From Treponema sp. (lineage in GTDB: Bacteria > Spirochaetota > Spirochaetia > Treponematales > Treponemataceae): a stretch of DNA of 64,000 nucleotides. Below are positions 9,306 through 18,995 of the stretch, piece after piece (the first letter of the stretch is position 1; the number at the start of each line of letters is the position of its first letter). The translations under genes were made by a program, and so were the position numbers. The notes beneath the pieces are model-generated. The model made no database searches. It was given only the letters and a program-made list of their open reading frames with translations, and was not told the origin of the DNA. The DNA is taken from assembly GCA_016286535.1 (NCBI GenBank), contig JAEESZ010000005.1, positions 156,585 to 220,584 of the forward strand, in the 5' to 3' direction.

Positions 9306-12064
9306 TCTATTCTACTAACTCCAGAATTATCTTTATAAACTTTTATTTTTTTCTCAATACGGTTTTCTAATTCTTCTACGTGAGAAATTATGCCTATCAG
9401 TTTATTACCTTTTGAAAGTTCTTCCAATGCCCTCATAGCCTTGTTTAAGGTTTCGGAATCCAGAGTTCCAAAGCCTTCGTCTATAAACATGGAATCCAGT
9501 GTAATACCGCCCGAATGCTCCTGAACTTCGTCGGCAAGGCCAAGGGCCAGCGAAAGAGAGGCCTGAAACTGTTCGCCGCCAGAAAGACTTTGAACAGAAC
9601 GTTTTCTTCCGGTGTAGAAATCTTTTATATCAAGGTCCAGGCCCAGCTCAGAACCATCTTCCTCTATGCGCCTGCACAGCTCGTACTTACCGTCAGTCAT
9701 AGTCCGCAGCCGCAAATTAGCCCTGCGGTTAATCTGGTCCAGGCATTTCATCTGAACATAGTTTTCGAGAGAAGGCTTTCCGCTTTTTCCCCGAGAAGAG
9801 CCGGAGGCAACTTCGCTTAATGCCCATACGCTCTGGTAATATTCATCAGCTTTAGAAATTTCCGGAAGAACTTCTTTAATATTTTCTATACACTTTTTGT
9901 TAATACCAATTCGTTGAGAAAGCAGGTCGCGCTCAAAGTTCAACTTGTCTTTTTCGCGCAGAAGTTCAGACTGTTTTTCTACTTCCTTATCATAATCAAT
10001 TTCTTTGCCCTCTTTTAAGCTTTTTTCAAGAGTGTCTATTGAGCCCTTAAAAGCAGAAATATTGTTTTCGCATTCATCTTTCTGGGCTTTAGCTTTTTCT
10101 TCAGCTTCTTTTGCAAGCTTTATGCCGGAGCGGATTTTATTAATTTCTTCTTCTGCTTCTTCAGAGGTTTTAAACTCAAGCTTATTTTTTTCTTCGTTCA
10201 GGGCATTATTTTCAGCTTCAGTCTTTGCCTTCAGGGCAGAAGTTTCTGCAGAAAATCTGTTGTACTGGTCGCTGGTAGTGCTTAATAAAGCTTCATTTTC
10301 CGGAATCAGTTTTTCAAGTTCTGATCTGCGCTTTTTATTTTTCTCTTCAAGAAGGATTTCCCCGTTAATACTTTTCTGCCTTTCGGTCAGAAGAGACACT
10401 TTTTCTTCCAGGCAATTTTCTGCTTCAGAAGCATCAGGATTAAAGGCTTCAAAATGTTTTTTGCCGGCCAGGAGAATCTGTTCAGTAAGATTTTCTGTAA
10501 GACTTTTTTGACTGCTTGCTCTGGCAGTTATTTGAGTAAGATTTTTTTGCAGTTCTTCGCACAGACTTTTTGCCTTTTCCAATTCGTTCTGCGAAGGTGC
10601 ATTTTCTGATTTTTTTGCAGGAGCAGGATGATTTAAAGAGCCGCAGACAGGACAGGGACAATTATCCTTAAGGTCTTCTGCAAGAATTCCGGCCTGTTCC
10701 ATATTAAAAAGTTTGAGCTTTTGAACATAATCAGAGTTTTTACTTTCGTAATTAGACTGGGCAGATAAAAGCTCTTCCTGCACTTTTTTAAGAATTTCCT
10801 TTTCTGTTTTAAGTTTGAAAAGATTATTCTGAAGAGCCTTTAATTCTTCTTTTTGTAAATCAATTTTCTCAAGCTCACCTTTTAGGGTCAGAAGTTTTTC
10901 TCCCGCGTCCTTCAGCCCCCCTTCTTCCTTTTTAAGCTCTTCAATCGCGCCGCAAAGTTCTTCTTTTTTCTTTAAAAGTTCAAGGCATTTCTTTTCATTA
11001 GTACTTATTTCTAAAAGCGCCTTATTTATGAGGCCGGCCTTATTTTCTATTTCTTTGTAAAGAGGCAGGGAATTTTCAATAACAGCAGCCCGGCTTTCTG
11101 AAGGAGCAAGTTCCTGAACTTTGTTTTGACTCTGTAAAAGTTCTTCTTTTTTTAGAAGAAGTTTTTCTTCCTCGCATTTCAAGAGGGCTTTTGTGCTTTC
11201 AAGTTTTTCCCTGGTCTGTTTTCTTTTTTCTCCTTCGTTTATAAGAAGACCTGCCTGGGTAAGCTTTTTGTCGAGCTCTGTCAGCTGGTCAGAAATTTCT
11301 GAAGCCTTTTTAGCATCATATTGTTCAAGCTTTTCTAAGAGCAGAATTTCTTCTTCGGTAAGATACTGAGAATCTTTTATTTTTTGAATCTCTTCAAGGT
11401 TTTCGTCGCATGGAACGATTTGATTCAACAGGGTTCTGAGCTTTTCCTTTAAAAACTGAAGATTTTTTTCTGCTTCGCTTTTTCTGCTTTTAAGGGTGTT
11501 TTGAAGCATTTCATATTTTTCTGTATGAAAAAGTTCCCTGAAAATCTTTTCTTTCTGGTCTTTTTTAGAAAGAAGAAGCTCTTGAAATTTTCCCTGGGCA
11601 ATCATTGCAATGCGGCAGAACTGATCTTTTTTTAAGCCAAGAATTTTTTCTACTTCCTGACTCACTTTTATGCTGCCTTCCAGAGGCGGCGTAGAGCTTT
11701 CGCTAAGGAAGTCCAGGCGGGCATTTGCCTTTTCTGTAGTTAGACCATCCCCTTTACGCGATTTTCTTTCGTAATCAGGATTTCTTATTATGTGATATTT
11801 TTTATCTTTTACTTCAAAAAAAAGTTCAACTTCGGTAGGTGTGTTTTCGTCTGCAAAGTGAGAGCGAAGCATTTCAACATCGCGAACATCTCCGCTGGAG
11901 CTTCCGTAAAGGGCAAAGGTAATTGCATCAAAAATTGTAGTTTTTCCGCTTCCAGTATCTCCGCTAATTAAAAAAAGCCCTCGAATACCTGATTTTTCAA
12001 AATCGATTTCGGTTTTATCTTTGTAAGATTCAAAACCTGTCATTATTAATTTTAGAGGTTTCAT
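9302..12064 (-). CDS. sbcC: Exonuclease SbcC (SMC-like ATPase)
   Basis: N-terminal Walker A GDTGSGKTT, a long coiled coil, the zinc hook CPVCGS, and C-terminal LSGGE and DEGFGTLD motifs. Confidence 0.9.
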   Translation of the reverse strand: MKPLKLIMTGFESYKDKTEIDFEKSGIRGLFLISGDTGSGKTTIFDAITFALYGSSSGDVRDVEMLRSHFADENTPTEVELFFEVKDKKYHIIRNPDYERKSRKGDGLTTEKANARLDFLSESSTPPLEGSIKVSQEVEKILGLKKDQFCRIAMIAQGKFQELLLSKKDQKEKIFRELFHTEKYEMLQNTLKSRKSEAEKNLQFLKEKLRTLLNQIVPCDENLEEIQKIKDSQYLTEEEILLLEKLEQYDAKKASEISDQLTELDKKLTQAGLLINEGEKRKQTREKLESTKALLKCEEEKLLLKKEELLQSQNKVQELAPSESRAAVIENSLPLYKEIENKAGLINKALLEISTNEKKCLELLKKKEELCGAIEELKKEEGGLKDAGEKLLTLKGELEKIDLQKEELKALQNNLFKLKTEKEILKKVQEELLSAQSNYESKNSDYVQKLKLFNMEQAGILAEDLKDNCPCPVCGSLNHPAPAKKSENAPSQNELEKAKSLCEELQKNLTQITARASSQKSLTENLTEQILLAGKKHFEAFNPDASEAENCLEEKVSLLTERQKSINGEILLEEKNKKRRSELEKLIPENEALLSTTSDQYNRFSAETSALKAKTEAENNALNEEKNKLEFKTSEEAEEEINKIRSGIKLAKEAEEKAKAQKDECENNISAFKGSIDTLEKSLKEGKEIDYDKEVEKQSELLREKDKLNFERDLLSQRIGINKKCIENIKEVLPEISKADEYYQSVWALSEVASGSSRGKSGKPSLENYVQMKCLDQINRRANLRLRTMTDGKYELCRRIEEDGSELGLDLDIKDFYTGRKRSVQSLSGGEQFQASLSLALGLADEVQEHSGGITLDSMFIDEGFGTLDSETLNKAMRALEELSKGNKLIGIISHVEELENRIEKKIKVYKDNSGVSRIE

Positions 12065-13194
12065 CAGTCAGCCTCCCAGATTTCTTCAATCAAATCTTTT
12101 ATAATTTTTCTCTGTTCATCTGTCATTTTTACCCCTCTGCGTCCTTCAAAAAAATCTTCGAAGGTATTAAGAGGATTAGTCTGATTTATATTTTCAAATA
12201 CAAGATTTTCTTCGCTGGCCTTACTTGCCTTGTTATCATAAGTAATTTTAATTATATTGGGATACTCTGTGCGCAGGCTTGTAATGGCATCCAGGACTTC
12301 ATTTTCGTCTGTAAGGATGATATCAATAAAATCTTCTTTATTATTTGGGTCCTTTTTTGCCATTTTCATAATCTGGTCAAAAGTTCCTGTAATCTGGCGT
12401 AAGTCCCGCATTGGCTTAAGTGGAATAAAATCAAGTTTAAGACTGCCTTTTTCCTGTAAATCTATGACAGGCATAGATTTTATGTGATTCAATTCCGAGC
12501 TTGAATATTTAAGGGGAGTTCCGCAAAAGATGATATTGTCTTTTATTTTCTGCGGCTTATGAATGTGGCCAAGGGCAGTATAATCAAAATCCTTAAAAAC
12601 CTCTGTACCAATGGCATCAAGACCACCGATTATAACTTCTTCAGAATCGCAGTGCTCGGCATTTAAAATGTTCTGATGGGCAAGAAGGATATTTCTTTCT
12701 TTTGTGTTTACATTTAATTTTTTTACAATAAAAGAAAGGGCGTCTTCGTAGCTTTCGATTTCTTCGTTTTCGTAAAAGTGTTTGACGGTGGAAGGCTTAA
12801 TAAATGGAAGAAGATAAAAGTTTACAGGCCCGTAGTGGTCGGGAAGGGTGACTTTTTGAATATCTCCATCATATACTTTAGAAAAATAGATTCCTTTTTC
12901 TGTCATGAATTCAGCACCAAAGGTAAGTCGTTCTGCAGAATCATGATTTCCACTGATTATAAGAACTTTAATATTTTCGCAGACAAGTGCATTCAAAAAT
13001 TTTCTGAAAATTTTTATACCGGCTTCCGGAGCAATATTTTTGTCAAACACATCACCACAAATCAGCAGAACCTGAACCTCTTTTTCCTTTAAGATTTGAA
13101 CAATCTGCTTAAGAATAAAATCCTGATCATCTAAAAGACTAAAACCATGTAAAGTTTTGCCCAAGTGTAAATCTGAAATATGAGCAATCCGCAT
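12064..13194 (-). CDS. sbcD: Exonuclease SbcD (Mre11-type nuclease)
   Basis: Motifs HISDLHLG, CGDVFD, GNHD and GHIH. Its stop overlaps the sbcC start. Confidence 0.9.
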   Translation of the reverse strand: MRIAHISDLHLGKTLHGFSLLDDQDFILKQIVQILKEKEVQVLLICGDVFDKNIAPEAGIKIFRKFLNALVCENIKVLIISGNHDSAERLTFGAEFMTEKGIYFSKVYDGDIQKVTLPDHYGPVNFYLLPFIKPSTVKHFYENEEIESYEDALSFIVKKLNVNTKERNILLAHQNILNAEHCDSEEVIIGGLDAIGTEVFKDFDYTALGHIHKPQKIKDNIIFCGTPLKYSSSELNHIKSMPVIDLQEKGSLKLDFIPLKPMRDLRQITGTFDQIMKMAKKDPNNKEDFIDIILTDENEVLDAITSLRTEYPNIIKITYDNKASKASEENLVFENINQTNPLNTFEDFFEGRRGVKMTDEQRKIIKDLIEEIWEAD

Positions 13195-13312
13195 AGCTAC
13201 TCCTGGAATACAAATATTTTTATCTTATTGTATCAAGAAAGAATAGTTTTATGAAAGGGATTGATTTTTTATAAATTATAACAGAAAATTATAATTATAG
13301 GAGAAAATAATT

Positions 13313-13849
13313 ATGAAAAAAAAGTTAATCGTTTTAATTGCTATCTTTGTAAGCTCAGCCTGTCTGTTTGCCAAGTCTTCAAATATTTTATTACAACTTG
13401 ATACAGAAATAAGTTATTGTCAGCTTTTTGGTTTTGAAGAGAAAGATTTTTCTATATATCCAATGCCAGTTTTAGAAGTAGATTATAAACTTCCTACAAG
13501 TTCATCTTTTAAGTCCTATCTGGGGTTTCAAGTTTTGCCGGCAATACCATTTTCTTCTGTTGTCGCTCTGGTAAATGACAGATTTGGATATGCATTTAAA
13601 AAGCCAGAAAAGTGGAATAAATATCATATAGAACTTCTTGGAAATGTTGGAGCAGGTGCTGTGTTTTTATTCTGGTATGGTGTGACTGTTTTACCTTTAG
13701 GAGATGTAGGATTCCAGATTTTCTTCATGCCGGAAGACAAAGGCTTTTTCTGGGGAGCAGGTCCAGATGTAATCTGTGTATGTGATTATGATTTTTCCAG
13801 TACAATGATTATGTTTTCTGTTTCTGTTAATCTTGGTTATAAGTTTTGA
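13313..13849 (+). CDS. Small secreted beta-rich protein, possible 8-stranded OMP-like barrel (paralog of 20214-20759)
   Basis: Signal peptide MKKKLIVLIAIFVSSACLFA/KSS, alternating hydrophobic pattern, and C-terminal GYKF (aromatic terminal residue, as in OMP beta-barrels). By eye it is about 30% identical to the 20214-20759 product. Confidence 0.5.
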   Translation: MKKKLIVLIAIFVSSACLFAKSSNILLQLDTEISYCQLFGFEEKDFSIYPMPVLEVDYKLPTSSSFKSYLGFQVLPAIPFSSVVALVNDRFGYAFKKPEKWNKYHIELLGNVGAGAVFLFWYGVTVLPLGDVGFQIFFMPEDKGFFWGAGPDVICVCDYDFSSTMIMFSVSVNLGYKF

Positions 13850-13887
13850 CAGGATTTTTAGCGGAGTATAAATACACTTCTTGCAAA

Positions 13888-14670
13888 TTATAAATTGCCG
13901 ATTGCTGAATCAGAAGTTTCATTTTTTATTTCTTTAAACACTATTTTACAGTCGTAATAGCATGCGATGAAGCCCTGTTTATCCCAAACTTGCAGAATAT
14001 CATAAATTCTATTAAGTCTGTTTCTAATTGTGCCTTCTGTTTTCTTTAATTCACTGGCAATAAGTTTGTACTGTTTATTGTCTAAAACTCCTTGCAGCAA
14101 AGGAATATCTTCTTCTTTTAGTCCTGAAAATTCGGCAAGATTCAAGACTTTATGAGAAGAACTTTCATTATTAGCATATCCAAATTGTACAAAAAAAATA
14201 ATGAGGGTTAAAAGGAATATGTAAGCACATGTGTCCAATATAAAAGAACAGAATTGGGTTTTATTAAAAGTGGTATTTATAAATATTAATACAAAAAGTA
14301 AAATAAATATAAATATTAACTTTAATGACTTTTTTTTGATAAAAAAGCCACGTGCATATAAGACGCTGATTCCTAGAAAATACATTATAATTCCCATAGG
14401 ATTATTTTTTTCGGAAACAATAATATCTATAGAATAGTAGAAACTGATAAATGAAAAAAATTCAATTTTTTGGGGATAAATAATTAAAATCGTAAATAAA
14501 ACGATGGACAATATGTTTTCACAATCAGATACTGTACTTCTTGGAGAGAATGTTACTCTATTAGGAGATAAAAATATATTATAAAGTTCAACAAAAACAA
14601 GTAAAACAATAGCAAGGATGGATAATATTCTTATATTAGTAAGATATTTTTTTTCAAGCTTTTTTTTCAT
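13888..14670 (-). CDS. Membrane protein with C-terminal LuxR/GerE-type HTH
   Basis: About 5-6 TM helices in the first ~165 aa. The C-terminal EEDIPLLQGVLDNKQYKLIASELKKTEGTIRNRLNRIYDILQV fits the LuxR/GerE (sigma-70 region 4-like) HTH pattern. Confidence 0.55.
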   Translation of the reverse strand: MKKKLEKKYLTNIRILSILAIVLLVFVELYNIFLSPNRVTFSPRSTVSDCENILSIVLFTILIIYPQKIEFFSFISFYYSIDIIVSEKNNPMGIIMYFLGISVLYARGFFIKKKSLKLIFIFILLFVLIFINTTFNKTQFCSFILDTCAYIFLLTLIIFFVQFGYANNESSSHKVLNLAEFSGLKEEDIPLLQGVLDNKQYKLIASELKKTEGTIRNRLNRIYDILQVWDKQGFIACYYDCKIVFKEIKNETSDSAIGNL

Positions 14671-14671
14671 T

Positions 14672-15226
14672 CTATTCTTTCCAACCGTTTATAGGTGCAT
14701 CGAAAATAGAATCTAACAGACTGTTAGAATAGCAGGAAATCTTTTGTTCAAGTTCTTTTTTTAACCCTTCATAATTCCATTTTTTAGAATTGAGAGGATT
14801 ATAGATATTATTTTCTTTATCAGATTTCTGAGAATTGTGGTAGCCTTCTATCATTATTAATGCCAGCATATTCATTCCATAAGAAAGGACGTTTTGGTCA
14901 CCGCCTTCAAATGTTGCAATACAATCTAAACGATTATACACGTTGAGATCATCAGATGGTAAATGGGCAAAGTATTTTTGGAAACCGCGTATTTCTGCAA
15001 TATAAATACATAAATGCGATATGGCTGTTCGTTCAGGTTCTACGCAGTTTGCGGCATAAGGAATGGCAGCAATTAATTTTGCAGTCCTACAGTTTGTGAA
15101 CCAAAGTTCTTCTTCTTTTGAAAAACGGAATACGACAGCAATTTCTTTTACTAAATAGTCCCAGGAGGCAATAAAAGACCCTTCTTCGTTCAATGTATAA
15201 GCAAGATTAGAATTGTACATATTCAC
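14672..15226 (-). CDS. Hypothetical cytoplasmic protein (184 aa)
   Basis: ORF only, with no signal peptide or motif I can assign. Its stop is 1 nt from the start of the LuxR-type gene, so the two probably form an operon. It is divergent from the lipoprotein operon. Confidence 0.45.
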   Translation of the reverse strand: MNMYNSNLAYTLNEEGSFIASWDYLVKEIAVVFRFSKEEELWFTNCRTAKLIAAIPYAANCVEPERTAISHLCIYIAEIRGFQKYFAHLPSDDLNVYNRLDCIATFEGGDQNVLSYGMNMLALIMIEGYHNSQKSDKENNIYNPLNSKKWNYEGLKKELEQKISCYSNSLLDSIFDAPINGWKE

Positions 15227-15378
15227 CTCGTTTTTTAAATTTATATTATTATACTCTTACCTGCGAAAAAATTCACCAAAATAAGGCGAGATGTATGTAA
15301 TATTTGAAAGTTTTGTGCTTGATAAATTCTTACTTCTTATAAACAATTTAAGAAAACAAGTTAATAAGGAGATGGTTT

Positions 15379-16530
15379 ATGAAGAAAACAAAAGTAAAAT
15401 GTGTTTTTATTGTTATGGCTATTTCTATGGCTTTAAGCTGTAAGAATAATGTTAATGTTCAGGTAAAGAATGGAGATAACAGTGCGCAGGCAATTGCAGA
15501 AGACTATTTTAATATAGTTTGCATGCAAAGCAATATGGTAAATGCAAGAGCACTAACCGAAGAGAGTTATCCGGATATTCTTTACGAAACAATAATAACA
15601 GATGAAAATGATGAAATAATCAGTTTTGCAGATTTAGATGCAAAAAGTCAGAAAGAATTTTATGAAATCTGGAAGGAAGATTTTATTGGAGATTTAACAG
15701 GAAAATTACTAACAGATTCTAACCTAAAAGAAATTGTAGAAATAGAAAATGAAGCCTTTATTGAGACTGCAAGTTCATCCAGCAGAGCAGTTTTTACAGA
15801 AAGAGATATAGAAAGTTTTTTTAAGCAATATGAAAAAAATTTTAATAAACTTGTTAAAAACTCTGTGGCTGCAAGAGGAGCTTCTTCCGGAAACTCTTTG
15901 ATAAGAATTGAAGATGGAGAAATAATTCCTGAATCTTTGAAAATCTTTTCAGAAAATTATAAGAAAGGAAGATTTCTTGTAAATACAAATTCTTCAGATT
16001 CTGATATTAGTGGGTACTTAGGACACACTTCTCTGATGTGTTATGATAATGTAGAACCAAATTGGGCAAAAGATATATCTTTAAAAGCAACAATCACATC
16101 ATATCCTCTTAATACTACTAAAGGAACAACCTGGGTAGGTCAGACTGATGGAGTTCAGTATGAACCAGTAGGATACTGGTGTGGAACAAAAGGTGCACCC
16201 ACAGTTTTAATTTTAGATGTATATCGGACTGTATGGAAGTGGTTTACAAAAACTGCATATATGGCAACAGACGAGGAACATAATACAGCTGTAGATAAAG
16301 CAGATGATCATTTAGGAAAGCCTTATAATTGGGATTTTGTCAAATTGAAGAAAGATAAAGGAATGTGGGATACAGATAAGTTTTATTGTTCATCTTTAGT
16401 ATTCAGAGCCTGGTATGATACAAATAAAAAGTATTCACTAAATACAAATATTCTTTATGTAAGACCTGCCAGTCTGGTTGCTTCTAACAACAGTATAATT
16501 ATTGCAAGATATGAGAATGAGGAGGAATAA
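15379..16530 (+). CDS. Lipoprotein with C-terminal YiiX/YaeF-like permuted papain-fold hydrolase domain (module copy A1)
   Basis: Lipobox MALSC. Motif order is YLGHTS ... DGVQYEPVGYW ... HLGKPYNWDF ... KFYCSSLVFRAWY, i.e. His before Cys, with GKPY-x-x-F and YCS-hydrophobic motifs as in the YiiX (C92) family. Confidence 0.7.
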   Translation: MKKTKVKCVFIVMAISMALSCKNNVNVQVKNGDNSAQAIAEDYFNIVCMQSNMVNARALTEESYPDILYETIITDENDEIISFADLDAKSQKEFYEIWKEDFIGDLTGKLLTDSNLKEIVEIENEAFIETASSSSRAVFTERDIESFFKQYEKNFNKLVKNSVAARGASSGNSLIRIEDGEIIPESLKIFSENYKKGRFLVNTNSSDSDISGYLGHTSLMCYDNVEPNWAKDISLKATITSYPLNTTKGTTWVGQTDGVQYEPVGYWCGTKGAPTVLILDVYRTVWKWFTKTAYMATDEEHNTAVDKADDHLGKPYNWDFVKLKKDKGMWDTDKFYCSSLVFRAWYDTNKKYSLNTNILYVRPASLVASNNSIIIARYENEEE

Positions 16531-17116
16531 ATGAAATTAGTACCTCTCTTTCTATCTCTTTTTGTATTTATTTCCTGTCAGAGCTGGTATAAGACCAGTG
16601 TAGATATGAGTAAAATAACAAACAAAACTACATACCAGCCTTTTACAGAATTAAATGACCCAATAGTTGTAAATATGCCAGTTTATGAGACACTTTACTT
16701 ATGGGGTAATGAAAACAATAAATTTAAGCAGAACAGAATAGGTGATATGTTTGTAATTTATGACTGGGAAAGTGATGAAATTTACGACTGGGTCTTTTAC
16801 GGGAATGAAAGTTTTTATTGTCTACCTAACATAATTCAAGTGGGAAGTAACCCCAAGTACTATATAAATTCTCTGGATTCTTCTGGAACAATAGCAAAGC
16901 TTGAAGCAGATAAGACAAGTGTAACTTTATATAAAACAGACAAGAGAGGTACTTTTTTTAATTATTCAACACCCGGAAAATACTGTCTTCGAGATTATGC
17001 AAGGCATTCAGATGAATTGAATAAGGTATTGTTTTGTCTGAATATATTTGACTGTGAAAAAGGCCAGTATACTGATGCAGATATACAGGTTCCTACAGAT
17101 GCCTATGGGTATATAA
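16264..17116 (+). repeat. Conserved block of the tandem duplication (copy 1); matches 18729-19581
   Basis: Alignment by eye at a constant offset of 2465 nt shows roughly 93-95% identity. The block spans the A1 C-terminus, the gene junction and B1 residues 1-195. The flanking segments are much more diverged. Confidence 0.75.
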
Positions 17117-17730
17117 GCCAACCTGTAGCAGATAATGAAGGAAACTTTTATTTTGCAAATGTATTAAATGGTTATAGTCATATTTATAGAGTAGATTGTA
17201 GTACAGAGACTGTGGAAATAAAAGATATAAATATAAATTGTTTTAAAAGTAATACAGAAGTATATGAATATACTTTTGATGTGCGTTATGTAATTGATGA
17301 GGAAAATCTTTTTGTATATAAGGGGCATTTAGGTTTGCCTCCATATTATGGGAATAAATTGTTTTTAATGTCTTTTACAGATAATGTTAGAAAAGAATTC
17401 ACTTTAGATTTGGATGGTTATAAATGGTTGTTTAGAATTGTCTGTTCAAATAGTAATTATTATGCAATTGTCGAAGACCGCTCTGACGAACAACATTTGG
17501 TTTATGTGTACAAACTTGATATAAATAATATGACAGGTGAGATAATAAACGAAAATAATCCAATAACAATAAATTTTAATCAAGAATTGTTTGTTCGAGG
17601 AACAAGAATATATTTTTTAAACTATTTAAATCGTCATAAGATTCAATATTCATACTTTGATGTAGAAACAAAAGAAGTTAGCGAGATAAAAGTCTTGAAC
17701 CAGAAAGAAGTAGTTGGCTTTGATTTTTAG
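16531..17730 (+). CDS. Beta-rich lipoprotein, partner of the hydrolase lipoprotein (module copy B1)
   Basis: Lipobox FISC. The ATG directly abuts the A1 stop (TAAATG), and a GAGGAGG Shine-Dalgarno lies inside the A1 3' end. Aromatic-rich strand-like repeats are present. No known motif. Confidence 0.6.
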   Translation: MKLVPLFLSLFVFISCQSWYKTSVDMSKITNKTTYQPFTELNDPIVVNMPVYETLYLWGNENNKFKQNRIGDMFVIYDWESDEIYDWVFYGNESFYCLPNIIQVGSNPKYYINSLDSSGTIAKLEADKTSVTLYKTDKRGTFFNYSTPGKYCLRDYARHSDELNKVLFCLNIFDCEKGQYTDADIQVPTDAYGYISQPVADNEGNFYFANVLNGYSHIYRVDCSTETVEIKDININCFKSNTEVYEYTFDVRYVIDEENLFVYKGHLGLPPYYGNKLFLMSFTDNVRKEFTLDLDGYKWLFRIVCSNSNYYAIVEDRSDEQHLVYVYKLDINNMTGEIINENNPITINFNQELFVRGTRIYFLNYLNRHKIQYSYFDVETKEVSEIKVLNQKEVVGFDF

Positions 17731-17840
17731 AGTACAAAATGATCATATTAGGGGTTTTCTCTGTTGATTATTTTGAATTGTATAAATAGACTTCAAAAAA
17801 AGATAATAAAATAAAAATTTAAAAATAAAAGGAGTTGTTT

Positions 17841-18995
17841 ATGAAAAAAACAAAATTAAAATGTATTTTTATTGTTACGGCTATTTTTATGGCTTTAAGC
17901 TGTAAGAATAATGTTACTGTTCAGCTAAAGGCAGGAGATAACAGTGCACAGACAGTTGCAGAAGACTATTTTAATATAGTTTGCATGCAGAGCAATATGG
18001 TAAATGCAAGAGCACTAACCGAAGAGTGTTATCCGGATATTCTTTATGAAACAATAATAACAGATGAAAATGATGAAATAATCAGTTTTGCAGATTTAGA
18101 TGCAGAAAGTCAGAAAAAGCTTTATGAAGTCTGGAAGGAAGATTTTATTAGAGAACTTACAGAAAAGATAGAATCAGATTCAGATTTAAAGGAGATGGTT
18201 GAATTAGAAAATGAAGCTTTTATGGAAACTGCAAGTAATTTGAATAGAACTGCCTTTGCAGAAAAAGACTTGGAAAGCTTTTTTAAGCAGTATGAAAAGA
18301 ACTTAAGTAAACTAATAGATAAAGCGGATACAGTGAGAAGAGCCTCATCTAAAAAGTCTTTAATAAGAATAGAAGATGGAAAACTAATTCAGAAATCTGT
18401 AACAATATTTTCAGATAATTATAAGAAGGGAAGAATTTTAGTTAATAAAAAAGGCAGTAGTTCAAATTCCGGCAGCTATCTCGGGCATGCATCCATGATG
18501 TGTTATGATGAAAAGAAAGATAAATGGACGGAAGATATTTCTGCAAAAGCAACAATAACTTCATATCCCCATAACACAGAAAGAGGGACTACCTGGGAAG
18601 GACAGACAGACGGAGTTCAATATGAACCAATAGGATACTGGTGTGGAACAAAAGGCGCTCCTTCAGTAATAATATTAGATGTAGGTTGTGAGGTATGGAA
18701 TAAAGATTTAGTAAAGACCTGGTATACTGCAACAGACGAGGAACATAATACAGCTGTAGATAAAGCAGATGATCATTTAGGAAAGCCTTATAATTGGGAT
18801 TTTGTCAAACTGAAGAAAGATAAAGGAATGTGGGATACAGCTAAGTTTTATTGTTCATCTTTAGTATTCAGAGCCTGGTATGATACAAACAAAAACTATT
18901 CATTACATACAAATTTTCTTTATGTAAGACCAGCCAGTCTGGTTGCTTCTAACAACAGTATAATTATTGCAAGATATGAGAATGAGGAGAAATAA
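17841..18995 (+). CDS. Lipoprotein with YiiX/YaeF-like permuted papain-fold hydrolase domain (module copy A2)
   Basis: About 75-80% identical to A1 by eye, with identical stretches at the N-terminus and across the last ~88 aa. Motifs YLGHAS and KFYCSSLVFRAWY. The ATG at 17841 is preferred over the TTG at 17835. Confidence 0.7.
   Translation: MKKTKLKCIFIVTAIFMALSCKNNVTVQLKAGDNSAQTVAEDYFNIVCMQSNMVNARALTEECYPDILYETIITDENDEIISFADLDAESQKKLYEVWKEDFIRELTEKIESDSDLKEMVELENEAFMETASNLNRTAFAEKDLESFFKQYEKNLSKLIDKADTVRRASSKKSLIRIEDGKLIQKSVTIFSDNYKKGRILVNKKGSSSNSGSYLGHASMMCYDEKKDKWTEDISAKATITSYPHNTERGTTWEGQTDGVQYEPIGYWCGTKGAPSVIILDVGCEVWNKDLVKTWYTATDEEHNTAVDKADDHLGKPYNWDFVKLKKDKGMWDTAKFYCSSLVFRAWYDTNKNYSLHTNFLYVRPASLVASNNSIIIARYENEEK

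Noticed and set aside
9515-10511. Antisense ORFs inside sbcC (9515-9820 and 10005-10511). Similar shadow ORFs occur inside other long genes, for example 46658-47215, 59327-60272, 23230-23622 and 27113-27514.
   Set aside because: They are low-complexity or Ser/Phe/Leu-rich translations on the strand opposite well-supported genes, with no ribosome-binding site or motifs. They are typical shadow ORFs.
14672-15226. Assignment of the 184-aa protein to a named DUF, based on a weak C-terminal resemblance (...D-x-x-x-N-I-YNPL) to a family I only vaguely recall.
   Set aside because: The resemblance is limited to a few residues recalled from memory, so the protein is left as hypothetical.
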